Shown piece after piece: positions 8,200-16,518 of a stretch of 19,313 bases of DNA. How positions within the stretch are numbered: the stretch's first letter is position 1; each line of letters begins with the position of its first letter. The translations under genes were made by a program, and so were the position numbers. The notes beneath the pieces are model-generated. The model saw nothing but the letters and a program-made list of their open reading frames with translations. It did no database searches and had not been told where the DNA came from. Source of the stretch: Candidatus Methanoperedenaceae archaeon (GTDB lineage: Archaea; Halobacteriota; Methanosarcinia; Methanosarcinales; Methanoperedenaceae); contig CAVWCX010000005.1 of assembly GCA_963753595.1 (NCBI GenBank), positions 1 through 19,313 on the forward strand. The letters are read 5' to 3'.

Positions 8200-8910
8200 G
8201 TGACTGTTTTGAATCAAGCTGCTCCCCGTGTTTGTATCCATTCAGATAATGGCAACCCTTTCAAAATAAATTCCGGAAAGGAAATCTCCATTGATAAGGT
8301 ATTAACAAAAATCACTGACCCTTACCTTCTTTTTCAGATAGAGCGGGTGAGTTTATTCCATGGATACCTGAGCACCGGCGCATTCATCGGGATCCAGATG
8401 CTCAACATCGCAAAAAGGGTGCTTGATGCTGATCCTGAAGAGCAACTGTACGTCACCTGTGAAACGTACAGCTGCCTTCCTGACCCGTTCCAGATACTTG
8501 CAGGATGCACTATCGGTAACAAGAAACTGAAGATCAGGGATTTTGGAAAGATGGCAGTCGTTGTTAATAAGAGGGCAAAAGATGAGCAGATCCTGGTTAG
8601 AAGCGTCAGGATAGTGCTTGATCCTGCAAAAACCGCAAGATATCCCAGATTTCATGAGTGGTACATGAATACAGGAAAAGTTCCTCATGAAGAGGCTATC
8701 TCCCTGCTGATAGATGCGGGAGAAAGCGTGTACACGTACGAAATTATGGACATCGAATTACCGGAAAAACCAGAAAAACGAATTGCCCTATGTATCAATT
8801 GCGGTGAGAGTTTCGTTGCGAAAAACGGTGGGGCCCTATGTATGGGATGTATGGAAAAGATTAAAGGAGTAACATATGAAAGAGGTAGTATTTCAGACAA
8901 AAGAAGATAA
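8200..8910 (+). CDS. fmdE: Formylmethanofuran dehydrogenase subunit E family protein with C-terminal Zn finger
   Basis: FHG.L..G, CET..CLPDPFQ...GCTIGNK and C-terminal CINCGE...CMGC. Sits first in an E-F-A order. Start uncertain. Confidence 0.85.
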   Translation: MTVLNQAAPRVCIHSDNGNPFKINSGKEISIDKVLTKITDPYLLFQIERVSLFHGYLSTGAFIGIQMLNIAKRVLDADPEEQLYVTCETYSCLPDPFQILAGCTIGNKKLKIRDFGKMAVVVNKRAKDEQILVRSVRIVLDPAKTARYPRFHEWYMNTGKVPHEEAISLLIDAGESVYTYEIMDIELPEKPEKRIALCINCGESFVAKNGGALCMGCMEKIKGVTYERGSISDKRR

Positions 8911-9904
8911 AACACTTGTGTATCATCCTGAAAAGTGTATAGGATGTGCAACATGTACGATGATATGCCCAAAAGAGGATATGGTGATCGGGTCAGTGGG
9001 AGCAGTAGCACGCGGGCTTATCAACAAAGACTTCCTTTCGAAAGGCAAAGGGGGATGTACAATATGCAGCATGTGCGCAAAGGTATGTCCGACAGGGGCT
9101 CTTGAAGTAAGAAAAGCGGGTAAGTCGGAGATGGATGACTCTTATCTATATGGCTCATTGAAACCCACGTTGGTCAAAGAAAATTGCTTAAACTGCGGGA
9201 TGTGCGAAGAGGTGTGCCCGCAGGATTGTATAGAAGTACAGAAGCGTCAACTTGCGCAGGATGGAAACCTGCGCATGGATGGAAAAACCACAATCGATCA
9301 GAAATCCTGCGTTCACTGCGGCTGGTGTGCATCCATATGCCCGGTTTATGCAATAACAATGGAAAAACCATTTTCAGGGGAATTTTCAAGGGATGAAGAT
9401 GTGTGCCAGGCTTGCCACACCTGTGTGGATACCTGTCCATGCAATGCTCTTTTTAACAAAGAGTGGAAAGCCGGGGAAAGGGTTGAGAAAGTGACACACA
9501 GGAAGGATGCCTGCATATACTGCGGCGCCTGTTCTGCCGCCTGTCCTGTCGGAGCAATAACAGTAAAAAAGACAGCAATACTTCCTGATATGAAGAAAAA
9601 ACAGATATTTGAGAAAAAGCTCACCGCTGAGGCGACTCCAAGACCTCTGTTGACCTCAACACTTATTACGGACATCGATGCGTGCCTTGGCTGTGGCAAT
9701 TGCGTTATTGCCTGCCCTGTTAACGCTTTTTCAGACCCATATCTTGCCGCAGGACACCTAAATGAACTTGACGGGAAACCTCTGCTTGAGGTTGAAAATG
9801 GCAAAGTGAACGTGGTAAACCAGGAAGTTTGCGGTTCGTGTGCTACATGCAGCCTGATATGTCCCACGAATGCGATAAGACTTGAGAAAAGGGAGGTGGC
9901 ATAA
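8876..9904 (+). CDS. fmdF: Formylmethanofuran dehydrogenase polyferredoxin subunit F
   Basis: 342 aa with eight CxxCxxCxxxCP motifs, between fmdE and fmdA. AAGGAG RBS. Confidence 0.88.
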   Translation: MKEVVFQTKEDKTLVYHPEKCIGCATCTMICPKEDMVIGSVGAVARGLINKDFLSKGKGGCTICSMCAKVCPTGALEVRKAGKSEMDDSYLYGSLKPTLVKENCLNCGMCEEVCPQDCIEVQKRQLAQDGNLRMDGKTTIDQKSCVHCGWCASICPVYAITMEKPFSGEFSRDEDVCQACHTCVDTCPCNALFNKEWKAGERVEKVTHRKDACIYCGACSAACPVGAITVKKTAILPDMKKKQIFEKKLTAEATPRPLLTSTLITDIDACLGCGNCVIACPVNAFSDPYLAAGHLNELDGKPLLEVENGKVNVVNQEVCGSCATCSLICPTNAIRLEKREVA

Positions 9905-10959
9905 TGCCTGGGACAATGGTTATAAAAAACGGATTTGTCTCTGATCCGTTGAATGAAATTGATGGGGAAATAAAGGATATTTTTATCAAAGATGGTAAGA
10001 TCACTGATGAGCTCAAAGGCAACAGTTTGCGGGATGCAAAAGAGATCGATGCAAAGGGCAAGACTGTAATGCCAGGGGGTGTTGACTCGCATTCCCATGT
10101 CGCCGGCGCAAAGGTAAACGGGGGAAGGATGATGTGTCCTGAAGACCGCTATAAATGGGTGACAAAGAAGACAGACCTCACACACAGCGGCAGCGGGAAT
10201 ACCGTTCCCTCGGTGTACATCCAGGGTTATGATTATGCAAAAATGGGGTATACCACAGTCTTTGAGGCAGCCATGCCTCCTATGGAAGCAAGACATACCC
10301 ATGAAGAGATGCGTAACACTCCCATCCTGGACATGGGTGCATATATGGTCATGGGCAATAACTGGTTCATAATGCGTTATCTCAAAGAAGGGAATATCGA
10401 GAAAGCCGCAGCATACACCGCATGGATGATGAGAACTCATAAAGCATACGGCATAAAGTGCGTTAATCCGGCCGGGGTCGAGAACTGGGGCTGGGGAAAG
10501 AACGTGAGTTCCCTGGATGAGCCAAATATACATTTTGGCATCAGTCCAAGAGAAGTAATCCATGGACTTGCAGAAATAAACGAAATGCTGGGAATGCCCA
10601 TGTCACTGCATCTTCATGCCAATAATCTGGGGCATCCGAGATGCTGGGAAACTACAAAGGATTCTCTTGAGGTGACGCGCGATGTGAAGGTCAAATGTAA
10701 TATGGATGTAGAATGGCAAAAGACAAAGATCGATCCCCAGAGAAACCAGAGTGTATATCTGGCGCATGCCCAGTTCAACTCGTTCGGTGGTACTTCATGG
10801 GGGGATTTTGAGTCCGGGGCAAAAGGGATTGTAGATTATGTAAACAAGACTGATCATGTCGTAATAGATAATGGCGCTGTTCCCTTCGGACCGGCAACAG
10901 TAATGACCGGGGATTCCCGCGATATAACCCTGGTGAGTACACGGCTGTTGATATGCTGA
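9904..10959 (+). pseudogene. fmdA: Formylmethanofuran dehydrogenase subunit A, 3'-truncated
   Basis: Amidohydrolase motifs PGGVDSHSHVAG, YGIKCVNP, HLHANNLGHP and HAQF. Homology ends at 'ATVMTGD' (10914, codon 337), followed by 14 unrelated residues. Full-length FmdA/FwdA is roughly 570-580 aa. Confidence 0.88.
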
Positions 10960-11267
10960 GGGAACATGATGTGGATGCTGCGTTTGTGATGTCGGCTGAC
11001 CTTGTTTCTCATTTTCCTGCAACTTGTGCTGAATACCTGAAGGAGATACCCATGGCATGCATTGACATTGCGCCATGCCCGACCACGCTGGCTTCTGATG
11101 TTGTTCTGCCCGGGGTGATCGATGCCATGGAATGCGACGGTACATTCTACAGGCTTGATGATGTGCCTGTGTATTTCCAGCCATTTACGAAATCGCCGTT
11201 TGGGTTTACGCAGAGTAATGAAGATACGATGAAGCAGTTGTTTGAGAGGATAAAGAAATTGAAATAG
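10908..11267 (+). pseudogene. fmdB: Formylmethanofuran dehydrogenase subunit B, C-terminal fragment only
   Basis: The frame of ORF 10953-11267 extends upstream as RGFPRYNPGEYTAVDML. It continues DAAFVMSADLVSHFP...AMECDGTFYRLDDVP, matching the FmdB/FwdB C-terminus. No N-terminal Fe-S or pterin-ligand region. Confidence 0.85.
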
Positions 11268-11306
11268 AGATGGAAATGAGCGAAATCGGGACGGACTCAG
11301 AGTCCC

Positions 11307-11389
11307 AATTCACCAGGCGAGCCGTCCCATCAGGGATGCGGCTGGAAGCTGCACCGAAGGCGGTGCGCCGATGAATGAGCGCGTTATCG
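11307..11389 (+). repeat. GC-rich structured repeat, copy 1 (attC-like imperfect inverted repeat)
   Basis: Outer arms ATTCACCAGGCG/CGCCGATGAAT enclose two hairpins (AGCCG-TCCC/GGGA-TG-CGGCT and GCACC/GGTGC), then GTTAT. The first 38 nt recur at 14958-14995. Confidence 0.55.
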
Positions 11390-11493
11390 TCTTGGAAATG
11401 TATACAATAATTGACCGTCAGGATTGGGAAATGGACAAAATTAATATAGGGTAATTCGCTTAATATAATCAATCGTAAGGATTGATATCAATT

Positions 11494-12288
11494 ATGCAAG
11501 ATCGATATGTTGCTGATGTGGGTGATTTTGGAAAATATGGATTACTTAATTTTATTGCGTCTGAGACAAAACTCAGATTAGGCGTTAATTGGTATCTTAC
11601 TTCACCTACCCCAAACGAGAAAAAATCTGATGACGGTAAGTTTGTTGGTTATTTATTCCTAGGCACAAAATATGAAACAGAAAGTAAAGTCTGCAAGTAT
11701 GCTAAAAAAATAAAGGAATGCGATGAAGAACTTTACAACAAATTACAAAAAATAATCATTGATTGGAGAGATCGGGGTAAAAATTCTAAATACAGATGCG
11801 TGATGCAAATTGAAGAGGGTAAAATTCTGCCAGATCGAACTGTATTTTATTGTGGGGATATGAATAAAACTAATAGAAAAGAGTGGCTGAATAATGGCAT
11901 TCATAGTTTATCTGAAAGCGAGCTAATATTCTTTGACCCTGATAATGGCATTGCGGATAATGGCATCTGCGTCAAAGATGAAGATAAATCCCAAAAACAT
12001 GTTTACTGTAATGAAATTAGGGACTATTTTGAAAAAGGGCAAAGTTTGGTGATTTATCAGCACGCTAATCGGACTGATAAATTCAATAAAGTCCTTAAGT
12101 GTAAGAAAGATAAACTAATCAAAGAATTAGAAAAAATAAATAATAATCAAATTATTTGTCTGAGATACAAAAGAGGTTCAGCAAGAGCTTTTTTTATTGT
12201 TATGCAGCAAGAACATTCTGTTTGTATCACAAAAGCAATAAATCGTTTTTTAAAAACAAAATGGGGAGAACATTTCACTAAAATATGA
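11494..12288 (+). CDS. Hypothetical protein, possibly Rossmann-fold methyltransferase-like
   Basis: Long AT-rich ORF with 'QDRYVADVGDFGKYGLL', 'GVNWYLT', 'LIFFDPDNG' and 'SLVIYQH'. ATG 11494 preferred. Function is speculative. Confidence 0.75.
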   Translation: MQDRYVADVGDFGKYGLLNFIASETKLRLGVNWYLTSPTPNEKKSDDGKFVGYLFLGTKYETESKVCKYAKKIKECDEELYNKLQKIIIDWRDRGKNSKYRCVMQIEEGKILPDRTVFYCGDMNKTNRKEWLNNGIHSLSESELIFFDPDNGIADNGICVKDEDKSQKHVYCNEIRDYFEKGQSLVIYQHANRTDKFNKVLKCKKDKLIKELEKINNNQIICLRYKRGSARAFFIVMQQEHSVCITKAINRFLKTKWGEHFTKI

Positions 12289-12339
12289 GATATTGTATCT
12301 TAGTATAAAATCTGTGTGATTTGATGAAATTCTGTGGAG

Positions 12340-12381
12340 TGGCCGATAGTATCGGTCAAAAATAACATAAAGTGACCGATA
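12340..12381. promoter_or_regulatory. Three copies of 9-mer TGACCGATA in +/-/+ orientation, putative operator
   Basis: TGGCCGATA 12340-12348, TATCGGTCA 12350-12358 and TGACCGATA 12373-12381, just upstream of the ATPase gene. Confidence 0.45.
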
Positions 12382-12414
12382 TATTTATTTATCACTGGAG
12401 AAATATTGCTGGTT

Positions 12415-13701
12415 ATGAACAACGAAACAATAATCGAAATATTAAGCGCCTGGAACTTTTGGAAGAGGGATCAGGAAACGGGCATAATCAGGGACAGTTA
12501 TTTGAACAAGTTGGACCGGCTGGCAAAGACAGACCAGATTGTAGCCATTACTGGAGTAAGGAGGAGCGGAAAATCCACCTTAATGAAACAATTCATCAAG
12601 AAAAAGATATCATCCGGTATTAACAGCGCCTTGTTCTTATATGTGAACTTTGAAGAGCCGAAATTTTCCGGCTCGCTTTCGTCCGAATTTCTCCAGCAAA
12701 TTTACGAGGCTTACTTTGAAATAATAAAGCCAGATGAGAAGCCATGGCTTTTTTTGGACGAGGTTCAAAATGTCCCAAACTGGGAAAGGTTCGTAAGGGG
12801 CTTGCATGAAAAAAAGGAAGCGAATATTTTCATTTCGGGCTCTACCGCCAAACTGCTTGGCAAAGAGCTTGGAACCCTGCTTACCGGCAGGTGGGTGGAA
12901 ATGAAAACATACCCGCTTGACTTCCGGGAATTTCTCCTGTTTAAGCAGATGAAGATAGAAAACAAAATGGACATGCTTTCCAACAAAGTAAGGATAAAAC
13001 AACTTCTCCGGGAATATCTTGAATTCGGAGGCTTTCCCCTGGTGGCTTTGAAAGAGGAAAAGGAGGAGATACTCCGGAGATATTTTGACGACATAGTGGA
13101 AAGAGACATAGCCCTGCGGTACAACATACGAAAAACAGAAAAGCTCAAAGCACTCGCCAGATATTTCCTTACAAATTTCTCATCCCATATTTCATACAGG
13201 AAAATTGCAAAATTCATAGGTTTGAGCCTGGACAGCATAGAGCGATATTCCTCATTCATGGCAGAAGGTTACCTTCTATTCTTCGTCCAAAAATTTTCAT
13301 ATTCCCTGAAAGAGCAGGAAGTAAATCCGAGGGTTGTCTATGGCATTGATTCCGGATTGATAAACATCACAGGTTTCCGGTTCAGTGAAAATCTGGGAAA
13401 GCTTTATGAAAACGCCGTATTTCTTTCCTTGCTTGAGGGTGGAAAAGAGATTTACTATCATAAAAACAGGGGCGAATGTGACTTCTTGATAAAAGAAGGA
13501 CAAAAAGTTGTGCGCGCGATACAGGTTTCGTATCAGATAAAAGAAAACAGAGAGCGGAAAGTTAACGGACTACTGGAAGCCATGAATGCATTTCAACTGA
13601 ATGCAGGATTAATAATAACCGAAGACATGGAAGAAGAAGAAAGAATAGACGGCAGGGAAATAGTTTACATGCCGCTCTGGAAATGGCTCATAAGCGTTTG
13701 A
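12415..13701 (+). CDS. AAA+ ATPase (AAA_14 + DUF4143 family)
   Basis: Walker A GVRRSGKST, Walker B LFLDEVQ, SGS, LTGR, GGFP, D.GL, LYEN.V and C-terminal ECDFLI...AIQV. Confidence 0.9.
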   Translation: MNNETIIEILSAWNFWKRDQETGIIRDSYLNKLDRLAKTDQIVAITGVRRSGKSTLMKQFIKKKISSGINSALFLYVNFEEPKFSGSLSSEFLQQIYEAYFEIIKPDEKPWLFLDEVQNVPNWERFVRGLHEKKEANIFISGSTAKLLGKELGTLLTGRWVEMKTYPLDFREFLLFKQMKIENKMDMLSNKVRIKQLLREYLEFGGFPLVALKEEKEEILRRYFDDIVERDIALRYNIRKTEKLKALARYFLTNFSSHISYRKIAKFIGLSLDSIERYSSFMAEGYLLFFVQKFSYSLKEQEVNPRVVYGIDSGLINITGFRFSENLGKLYENAVFLSLLEGGKEIYYHKNRGECDFLIKEGQKVVRAIQVSYQIKENRERKVNGLLEAMNAFQLNAGLIITEDMEEEERIDGREIVYMPLWKWLISV

Positions 13702-13782
13702 ACCTTCAAATAAAAGCACAGCATCTCGTTTGAGATTAATTAGGAAATACGTTTAATACCATACTGCACTTTTGACATACAA

Positions 13783-14610
13783 ATGAAAGAAAACTGGCAC
13801 GCCGAAAAAGCAGGTAAATGGACAAGTTTCTGGAAGAATGAGGCGCACGACCCTTCTGCTCCATATTTTTTAACAAAATGCATTGAAATTTTGGGAGAGA
13901 ATCGAAAAGAACTCGAACTGGATGTTGTGGAAGAAGAAAGCATAAAGATCATGCTTGACGGGCGGCACATTGTCACTCTTCTTGCTCTTCCGGGAGAGCT
14001 TCGCGAACTTGCTGCGGGATTTCTAATATGCGAGGGCGTCCTTAAGAAAATAGAAGACATTCGTTCGATATCTGTGCAGGAAGATACCGTTTTTTGCCAG
14101 AGTTCACTCGATAACAGTGAACTTGAACTCTGGACTGAGGTCAGGAGTTCAGGGTGCATTGGCATAAAATCTTCGTGGGAAGGAATAGAACCTGTCACCT
14201 CAGGTGTTCGGATGGAAAAAGAAGTGCTGCTGAATGCTATTGAACAGATTAAAGAGAAGGGGAAGATATGGAGAAGAACTGGCGGCACTCACTCCTCGCT
14301 TATTTGCACCAAAGAAGGCGACATCGTCTCTTTTTGCGAGGATGTCAGCCGGGCTTGTTCTGTGGACAAGGCTGCCGGAGCGGCGCTGCTTTCGGGGAAA
14401 AACCTTTCAGACTGCGCCCTGGTCACAACAGGAAGGCTTTCAGGCGGGATGGTGGCAAAAGCGGCACGGGCAGGGATTCCCATAGTGGTAAGCAAGGCTG
14501 CACCATTAAGCACTGGGGTTGCGCTTTCAAAAATGGTCGGTATGACACTTGTGGCATTTGTAAGAAATCCGAATCTGTATGTATATTCTGGGCAAGAGAG
14601 GATAATATAA
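13783..14610 (+). CDS. fdhD: FdhD-family molybdenum-cofactor sulfurtransferase
   Basis: ELAAGFLICEG, SSGC, RRTGGTHS, EDVSR...VDK, TTGRLS, AARAGIP, SKAAP and TLVAFVR. Confidence 0.88.
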   Translation: MKENWHAEKAGKWTSFWKNEAHDPSAPYFLTKCIEILGENRKELELDVVEEESIKIMLDGRHIVTLLALPGELRELAAGFLICEGVLKKIEDIRSISVQEDTVFCQSSLDNSELELWTEVRSSGCIGIKSSWEGIEPVTSGVRMEKEVLLNAIEQIKEKGKIWRRTGGTHSSLICTKEGDIVSFCEDVSRACSVDKAAGAALLSGKNLSDCALVTTGRLSGGMVAKAARAGIPIVVSKAAPLSTGVALSKMVGMTLVAFVRNPNLYVYSGQERII

Positions 14611-14653
14611 ACAATTTTATACTCAAGAACATAATTTACATATATGCCGAACA

Positions 14654-14838
14654 CTTTGCGTCCTTTGCGATGCATGATTTTTTCACCGCAAAGTCGGCCA
14701 TGAATCCTCCCGATTCATAAATAAAAATGAAAAAAAACAACGAACATAAACGAACACGAACGAACTCTGGTAGCTTGAGTTCGTTTCAGTTCGTATTAGT
14801 TCGTTGTTTTTTCATACCAGAGCGCAAAGTCCGCAAAG
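14654..14838. repeat. Nested REP-like inverted repeat cluster
   Basis: Outer CTTTGCGTCCTTTGCG (14654-14669) and CGCAAAGTCCGCAAAG (14823-14838). Small hairpin ATGAATC/GATTCAT (14700-14718). Long imperfect hairpin 14727-14815. Confidence 0.75.
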
Positions 14839-14943
14839 ATTGATTGAATTGTTTGGTTTTGAGTTATTTGATCAATATGCACAATAAACCGCCTATAAAC
14901 GCAAATGAATGGTAACTGGCATTACTTGACTCTGTGCGGTGTC

Positions 14944-14995
14944 TCCCAACCCCCCTTAATTCACCGGGCGCGCCGTTCAATCATGGATGTGGCTG
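14944..14995 (+). repeat. GC-rich structured repeat, copy 2 (degenerate)
   Basis: 14958-14995 matches 11307-11344 at 32/38 nt, ungapped. Preceded by TCCCAAC. Confidence 0.6.
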
Positions 14996-15055
14996 AGATA
15001 CTGGGGGAGGGGCGCTGGGGTGGGATGGGCGCAAAACGAATTGTAACGTTCACTC

Positions 15056-15105
15056 TTTTTCGAAAAAATTAAATAGAATTATGTTATGTTTGAATGAACA
15101 TAATG
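15056..15105 (+). promoter_or_regulatory. BRE/TATA promoter followed by ModE-type operator (TGTTATGT-N8-ACATAATG, 15082-15105)
   Basis: CGAAAAAA-TTAAATA then perfect dyad TTATGTT-N6-AACATAA. Upstream of moeA-tupBC-modE and aligns without gaps to 7216-7265. Confidence 0.75.
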
Positions 15106-15139
15106 AAATTCAACTAATTTGAATCGAGGTGAAAAAAAC

Positions 15140-15220
15140 ATGAAAATAAACCATTTGATAACGATTTTTTTAATTACCCCAGTTGTAGCGCAGCATCAGT
15201 CTGCCTATCAGAAAAATTAA
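15140..15220 (+). pseudogene. 26-codon ORF, possible remnant of a secreted/lipoprotein gene
   Basis: GAGGTG RBS (15126-15131), then MKINHLITIFLITPVVAQHQSAYQKN*, with a signal-peptide-like start directly behind the ModE-box promoter. Confidence 0.4.
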
Positions 15221-15313
15221 ATGAGTGTGTCGCCATAAGAAGAGAATCACATAAATAAACAATACGAGTATCATTAAAAAAATCTGCTATACATATAATA
15301 AAGGAATGAGAAT

Positions 15314-16486
15314 GTGAAAACAATAACGACCCCTAAAGAAGCGCTTGAAAAAATAAGGCAGCTTAAAAGCACATATTATTTCAGGCGCGGATCAGAACAT
15401 GTTTCCCTTCCTGACTCCGTAGGCAGGGAACTCAGTGAAGATATTGTCGCAGATTACATGTCTCCAGCATTCGATATTGCTGCCATGGACGGATTTGCTG
15501 TCCATAGCGAAGATGTTTATCCCCTTAAAATATCGGGCAGTGTATATGCAGGTGATCAAAGAGCAGAAATAAAGAGAGGTGAAGTGCTGGCAATAGCTAC
15601 AGGGGCAATACTCCCGGAAGGTGCGGATGCTGTGCTGAAAATTGAGGAGGCAGAGGTCAAAAAGGATCTCCTATATGGAAAAAATCTAATGAAGTGGGAA
15701 AATGTATTCAGAAAAGGCTCGGATTACCATGCAGGTGACAGGATATTTGAGAAAAATCACCGCATAATGCCCCAGAGCGCTGCGCTTTTATACAGCCTTG
15801 GTGTCGAAAAAGTCCCTGTATATAAAAAGATCAGAGCTGGCATAATATCCACTGGCACTGAAATTTTTAACGGCATGATAAAAAATACAAGCTCGGTGCT
15901 GATACAGGGATTTATGAAAGAAATGGGATGTGAATCTACCTTTGCGGGGGCAGTTCCCGATGATTATGATAAAACAAAGAATATGCTGCTCGAAGCCTGC
16001 GAAAAATACGATGTAGTATTTACAACAGGCGGCGTATCAGTTGGAGAGCGCGACTTTGTCGCTGACATCATTACAGAGGTAGGAGAACTTTCATTTCACA
16101 GAGTTGCTATCAGACCGGGGAAACCCATTGCTGTCGGCATTGTGAATGATACACCTGTATTTTCACTTCCTGGCAAACCAACAGGCGCTTTCACTGCTCT
16201 TGAGATAATAGTGCGAAGCTATTTTACGGATATCCCAAGGGCAACGCAGAAGCTTATGATAAATGAGGATGTTATGCTCCCGGAAAAAGATTTTGAATAC
16301 ATCCTTTTCGTACAGATAGTAAATAATACAGCAACCGCCATTGGCAGACAGATGAAGTTGTTTGAAAGGGAATATAAGACAGCACTCATTTCAGCATCTC
16401 CTCGTTCTGCTGTTGTTGAAGGGTATGTAATAACAAACAGGGATATTGAAAAAGGTGAACTGGTAAATGTATATATTTTCAATTGA
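15314..16486 (+). CDS. moeA: Molybdopterin molybdotransferase MoeA
   Basis: P.FDIAAMDGFA, IATGAILPEGADAV, STGTE, TTGGVSVGERDFV, RPGKP and LPGKP. GTG start. Confidence 0.92.
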   Translation: MKTITTPKEALEKIRQLKSTYYFRRGSEHVSLPDSVGRELSEDIVADYMSPAFDIAAMDGFAVHSEDVYPLKISGSVYAGDQRAEIKRGEVLAIATGAILPEGADAVLKIEEAEVKKDLLYGKNLMKWENVFRKGSDYHAGDRIFEKNHRIMPQSAALLYSLGVEKVPVYKKIRAGIISTGTEIFNGMIKNTSSVLIQGFMKEMGCESTFAGAVPDDYDKTKNMLLEACEKYDVVFTTGGVSVGERDFVADIITEVGELSFHRVAIRPGKPIAVGIVNDTPVFSLPGKPTGAFTALEIIVRSYFTDIPRATQKLMINEDVMLPEKDFEYILFVQIVNNTATAIGRQMKLFEREYKTALISASPRSAVVEGYVITNRDIEKGELVNVYIFN

Positions 16487-16518
16487 TAGAAATATGAATG
16501 AAAAAGAAGAGGCTGGGC

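Noticed and set aside
8876-8910. 35-nt fmdE/fmdF overlap as a sign of fmdE frameshift
   Set aside because: The Zn finger is complete before the overlap. Cannot be judged without orthologues.
9346-10563. 405-aa minus-strand ORF
   Set aside because: Antisense shadow of the well-supported fmdF/fmdA, with no recognisable motifs.
10900-10960. Programmed frameshift or recoding joining FmdA and FmdB
   Set aside because: Both proteins lack large essential parts and there is no slippery site. A deletion explains the junction better.
14617-14634. Third ModE-like site (TTATACT-caag-AACATAA)
   Set aside because: Spacer is 2 nt shorter, the left half is degenerate, and it sits after a gene end with no promoter context.
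13740-14720. Alternative ORFs of 69-182 aa overlapping fdhD
   Set aside because: Shadow frames of a motif-supported gene. The same applies to the other short overlapping ORFs in the track.
14727-14815. Possible mini-CRISPR array
   Set aside because: Units are 6 nt with 4-nt spacers and are inverted. There is no repeat-spacer architecture and no cas gene.
14940-15050. Moco/Tuco riboswitch upstream of moeA
   Set aside because: It lies upstream of the predicted promoter, matches a repeat found elsewhere in the window, and I cannot fit it to the known motif.
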